From positions 96,001-160,000 of the forward strand of contig CAWFJP010000029.1 in NCBI GenBank assembly GCA_963816145.1: a stretch of 64,000 nt of DNA, in the 5' to 3' direction. Positions 61,125-64,000 of the stretch are shown here, in pieces (the stretch's first letter is position 1; each line of letters starts with the position of its first letter). The notes beneath the pieces were generated by a model. That model did no database searches, had not been told where the DNA came from, and saw only the letters and a list, made by a program, of their open reading frames with translations. Origin of the DNA: an uncultured delta proteobacterium (GTDB taxonomy: Bacteria > Desulfobacterota > Binatia > UBA9968). The translations under genes were made by a program, and so were the position numbers.

Positions 61125-61400
61125 ATGTCCCAATACAAAAATCATCCTATTTACGGGATCGGAGTCCGTGGTGCCGGGAAAGAGTGGCATTGCCGGGGTC
61201 TGATTTTCGACCAAGATGACAAAGTGACCCAAATCATGAAACTGGAGCATGCCGAATTGACCTTCAAAACTGTCGCCAAGGCTGAGGCGCATGCGCTCCA
61301 GCTGTGTAAAACCTGGATCGACGAACAGGGAGGTGACGTTGACTCAAGCGGTCCGAGAGTCTCGGCGCCTCCGAAAGTCCTAGCTCCCGTGATCGCCTGA
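61125..61400 (+). CDS. Small hypothetical protein
   Basis: 91-aa ORF with globular composition (F.T...AEAHAL..CK.WID); no family recognised. Confidence 0.55.
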   Translation: MSQYKNHPIYGIGVRGAGKEWHCRGLIFDQDDKVTQIMKLEHAELTFKTVAKAEAHALQLCKTWIDEQGGDVDSSGPRVSAPPKVLAPVIA

Positions 61401-61429
61401 GCTATAGCGTCGATCCCCGTCGGTCTTTC

Positions 61430-61630
61430 AATCTCTGCGGGTCGATTCTCCGCAGCTTGCTGCGTGCCCTAATTCGCATTCTCAATTCCGTCATTCCCAC
61501 ATGTTTTACGCGGGAATCCAGGCGAATCAGGATCTGGACCCCCGACAAAAACATTCGGGGGTGACGAGATACGGAATCGTTCGCAGGCTGGGCTTTCGAT
61601 ACCGCGCAGCTTGCTGCTGGGTAGTTCATT
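61430..61630. mobile_element. Transposase-less palindrome-ended element (IS200/IS605-end-like) with a nested hairpin doublet
   Basis: Both ends carry CGCAGCTTGCTGC (61430-61464 and 61598-61630). Inner doublet CGTCATTCCC..GGGAATCCAG / CTGGACCCCCG..CGGGGGTGACG (61489-61566). Confidence 0.6.
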
Positions 61631-61804
61631 TTACTTCCCCTTTCATCACCGGACGTATCCCGATTTGCCCCGAAGTCGGATATTCCTGCAGAATGGATAT
61701 ACCGTCAAAAATCGTTGTGCTCGTTGTGCTGCGTGACCAGAAGCTGATTGACAGTGCTGCGTCATAAAGTATAGCTAAGTCGTTGAATGGTTGAGGAGAT
61801 TGGC

Positions 61805-62791
61805 ATGAAAATTAAGTTCGTCGGCGTCTTCGTTCTGTTGTTCTGGATCGGCTTGTTGAGCGGTCGCTCGCACGCCAAGGATCGGCTGGTGATCGGCTAT
61901 ACGGCGATCACGGGGATCAAGGCTGGGTTGTGGGTGGCGGAAGACGCCGGGATTTTCGAGACGCATAATATTCAGGCCGAGCTGCTGTTGGTCACTTCGG
62001 CGTCGAAGATGGTGCAGGCGATGCTCGGCGGTGACGTGCCGTTCGCCGCGGCGGGTGGCAATGCCGCAGTTGATGCCAACCTCTCCGGCGCGGACATGGT
62101 GATGCTCGGCGTGCTCGCCAAAGTGCCAGCCTTTTACATCATGGCGATGCCGGAGATCAAAACTATCGAAGATCTGCGCGGCAAGCCGGTGGGGGTGACG
62201 CGCTTCGGGTCGTCCACCGACTTCACCATGCGTTACTTGCTGCGCAAGCATGGCATGAATCCCGACCGCGACGTGACCATGATCCAGGCGGGCGATTTGA
62301 ACGCGGCGGCGGCGATGCTCAAGACCAAGGCGATCTTTGCGGCGCCGTTCTCAAGCCCGGCCAATCTGCGAGCCCAGGAAGCGGGCGCGCGCTCGCTGCT
62401 CAACATGGGCACCGCCGGCGTCTATTTTCCGCATGACGCCTTGATGGCGCGCCGCACGTTCATCAATAGCAATGAAGATTTTGTCCGCCGGGCGACCCGT
62501 GCGTATTCGGAGGGAGTGCATCGTCTGTTCACCGATCCGGCGGCGGGCAAGCGGGCGGTGCGCAAGTATGCGCGCACGAGCGATCCAAAAATCGTCGATG
62601 CGGTGTATCAGTACGCGATCGATTATATAGAAAAGATTCCCTACAACTCGCGTGAGGCGGTGCAGGAAGTTTTGAACCAGTCGGCGCTGCGCAATCCCAA
62701 AGCGAAGGAAGCCAAGCCTGAGAGTTTCTACGATGACAAGTACATCCGCGAATTGGACAGCCAGGGGTTTTATAAGCAGTTGTGGAAATAA
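61805..62791 (+). CDS. ABC substrate-binding protein, NitT/TauT family
   Basis: Signal peptide, DLRGKPVGVTRFGSSTDF, YDDKYIRELDSQGF. Confidence 0.88.
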   Translation: MKIKFVGVFVLLFWIGLLSGRSHAKDRLVIGYTAITGIKAGLWVAEDAGIFETHNIQAELLLVTSASKMVQAMLGGDVPFAAAGGNAAVDANLSGADMVMLGVLAKVPAFYIMAMPEIKTIEDLRGKPVGVTRFGSSTDFTMRYLLRKHGMNPDRDVTMIQAGDLNAAAAMLKTKAIFAAPFSSPANLRAQEAGARSLLNMGTAGVYFPHDALMARRTFINSNEDFVRRATRAYSEGVHRLFTDPAAGKRAVRKYARTSDPKIVDAVYQYAIDYIEKIPYNSREAVQEVLNQSALRNPKAKEAKPESFYDDKYIRELDSQGFYKQLWK

Positions 62792-62821
62792 TTGATAATG
62801 GATAATGGAGAATTGAAAATT
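62790..62821. repeat. Single arm of AATKGAN 7-mer repeat
   Basis: AATTGAT AATGGAT AATGGAG AATTGAA AATT, overlapping the stop codon as at 50227. Confidence 0.7.
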
Positions 62822-62873
62822 GGCGGAGTGGCTTTGCGATCGGCGATGACCTAGTCGTAGGAGGAGGTTGATC

Positions 62874-64000
62874 ATGAAACAGCTGATGGTGATTTTGTTA
62901 TTGTTGGTTTTATCGGCGAGTGCTGCGCTGCGTCCAGCCGATTCGGCCGAGACGCGCATTTCCATCGGCGTGACCGAGACCATGGATACCTTCAATCCTT
63001 ACGCCGACAGCGTTTCCTTGATGTACAGCGTCTGGTGCCAGGTGCTCGGCTGTCTTGGCACCTATGATTTCGACAAGGGGCAGCATGTCGGATTGGTGTT
63101 GGAGAGCTGGGAAGTCAAAGATCCCAACAACTGGCTGTTCCATGTGCGTAAGGGGCTCAAGTTTCACAACGGCACACCGGTAACGGCGCGTGACATCGTC
63201 CATTCCATGGGGCGGACTCGCAGCGACCCGCAGAGCAAGCAGACGCAAAATATTTCGGCGGTGGCGAGCGAGAAGGCGCTCAACGACTATACCGTGCAAG
63301 TGACAACCAAAATTCCGACGGCGCCGTTGCTTGATTACCTGTTCGACCGGATCATCATTACCAGTAAGGATCTCTACGACAAGTATGGTGCCGAGGTCGC
63401 CGACAAGCAGTATCCGTTCGGCGCCGGTCCGTATAAATTTCGCGAGCTGATTCCCGGACAGCGTCTGGTAATCGGCAAAGACAAATCCCACCCGATGTGG
63501 AAGCAGTATCCGCAGGCGCCCGATGAGATCGTCTTTCGCATCATGCGCGAGCCGGAGCAGCGGGTGACGGCGCTGCTCAACAACGAGATTCAAATCGCCC
63601 AGTTCGTGCCGCCGCATTTGCGCGAACGGGTCGAGCGCAGCGCCAACCACAAGATCGTCAAGTTTCACACCGCCGAGCTGATGTTTCTGGCGATGATGCC
63701 AAAGGTAAAGCCGTGGGATAACAAGCTCGTGCGCCAAGCGGTGGCCTACGCCATCGACCGCGACATGATCATCAAGACACTGCTCCGCGGCGAGGCCTCG
63801 CGCCTCGATGGCCCCATCGGCGAGGGGCAATACGGTTACGATCCCAAGCTGCAACCGAAATACACGTACAATCCGGAGAAGGCCAAAGATCTTCTGAAAC
63901 AGGCTGGCTATCCCAACGGCGTCGACGTCGAGCTGCAAACGCCGGTGGGGCGCTATACTTTGGACAAACAGGTGAGCGAAGCGATGATCCCCATGCTCAA
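62874..64000 (+). CDS. ABC substrate-binding protein family 5 (DppA/OppA-like), 3'-truncated by window edge
   Basis: RBS GGAGGAGG, MKQLMVILLLL signal peptide, RKGLKFHNGTPVTARD, GAGPYKF, VRQAVAYAIDR, YNPEKAKDLLKQAGYPNG; open to the end of the window. Confidence 0.9.
   Translation, partial: MKQLMVILLLLVLSASAALRPADSAETRISIGVTETMDTFNPYADSVSLMYSVWCQVLGCLGTYDFDKGQHVGLVLESWEVKDPNNWLFHVRKGLKFHNGTPVTARDIVHSMGRTRSDPQSKQTQNISAVASEKALNDYTVQVTTKIPTAPLLDYLFDRIIITSKDLYDKYGAEVADKQYPFGAGPYKFRELIPGQRLVIGKDKSHPMWKQYPQAPDEIVFRIMREPEQRVTALLNNEIQIAQFVPPHLRERVERSANHKIVKFHTAELMFLAMMPKVKPWDNKLVRQAVAYAIDRDMIIKTLLRGEASRLDGPIGEGQYGYDPKLQPKYTYNPEKAKDLLKQAGYPNGVDVELQTPVGRYTLDKQVSEAMIPML

Noticed and set aside
62910-63938. 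342-aa minus-strand ORF (and similar long antisense ORFs such as 11332..11973 and 57237..57908)
   Set aside because: These are shadow frames of well-supported genes on the opposite strand in GC-rich DNA.

Overview
GC-rich bacterial chromosome segment. The gene content (many NMT1/TauA-type solute-binding proteins, amidohydrolase, LLM, Bug protein, Grd-like selenoproteins) suggests a Candidatus Binatia/Deltaproteobacteria-like soil organism; this is inference only. Content in order: (1) the 3' end of a selenocysteine-containing GrdB-type reductase plus two GrdE-like paralogues; (2) a ~16-kb stress/dormancy-like block (CBS, cytochrome c oxidase, gentisate dioxygenase, BoxB-like diiron oxygenase, GAPDH, PPi-PFK, two ferritin-like proteins, a sensor-less sigma-54 activator, an APH/AAA_33 protein, USPs). 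Five sigma-54 promoters in this block each carry a pair of related 18-bp palindromes exactly 31 bp apart; (3) metabolic genes, including a second hidden UGA-readthrough selenoprotein (UxxC redoxin) beside bolA-grxD; (4) a ~15-kb TE-less NRPS island with a Lys2-like A domain, a DUF3326 gene, an internally deleted A-T relic and a duplicated ~290-bp leader; (5) transporters and hydrolases, and a GxxExxY nuclease-like gene enclosed by 32-bp inverted repeats. Gene-less relatives of these repeats recur in four other intergenic spaces, suggesting an autonomous/non-autonomous mobile palindrome system. Four single-base frameshifts sit in short homopolymers and look like assembly errors. No rRNA, tRNA or CRISPR array was seen.
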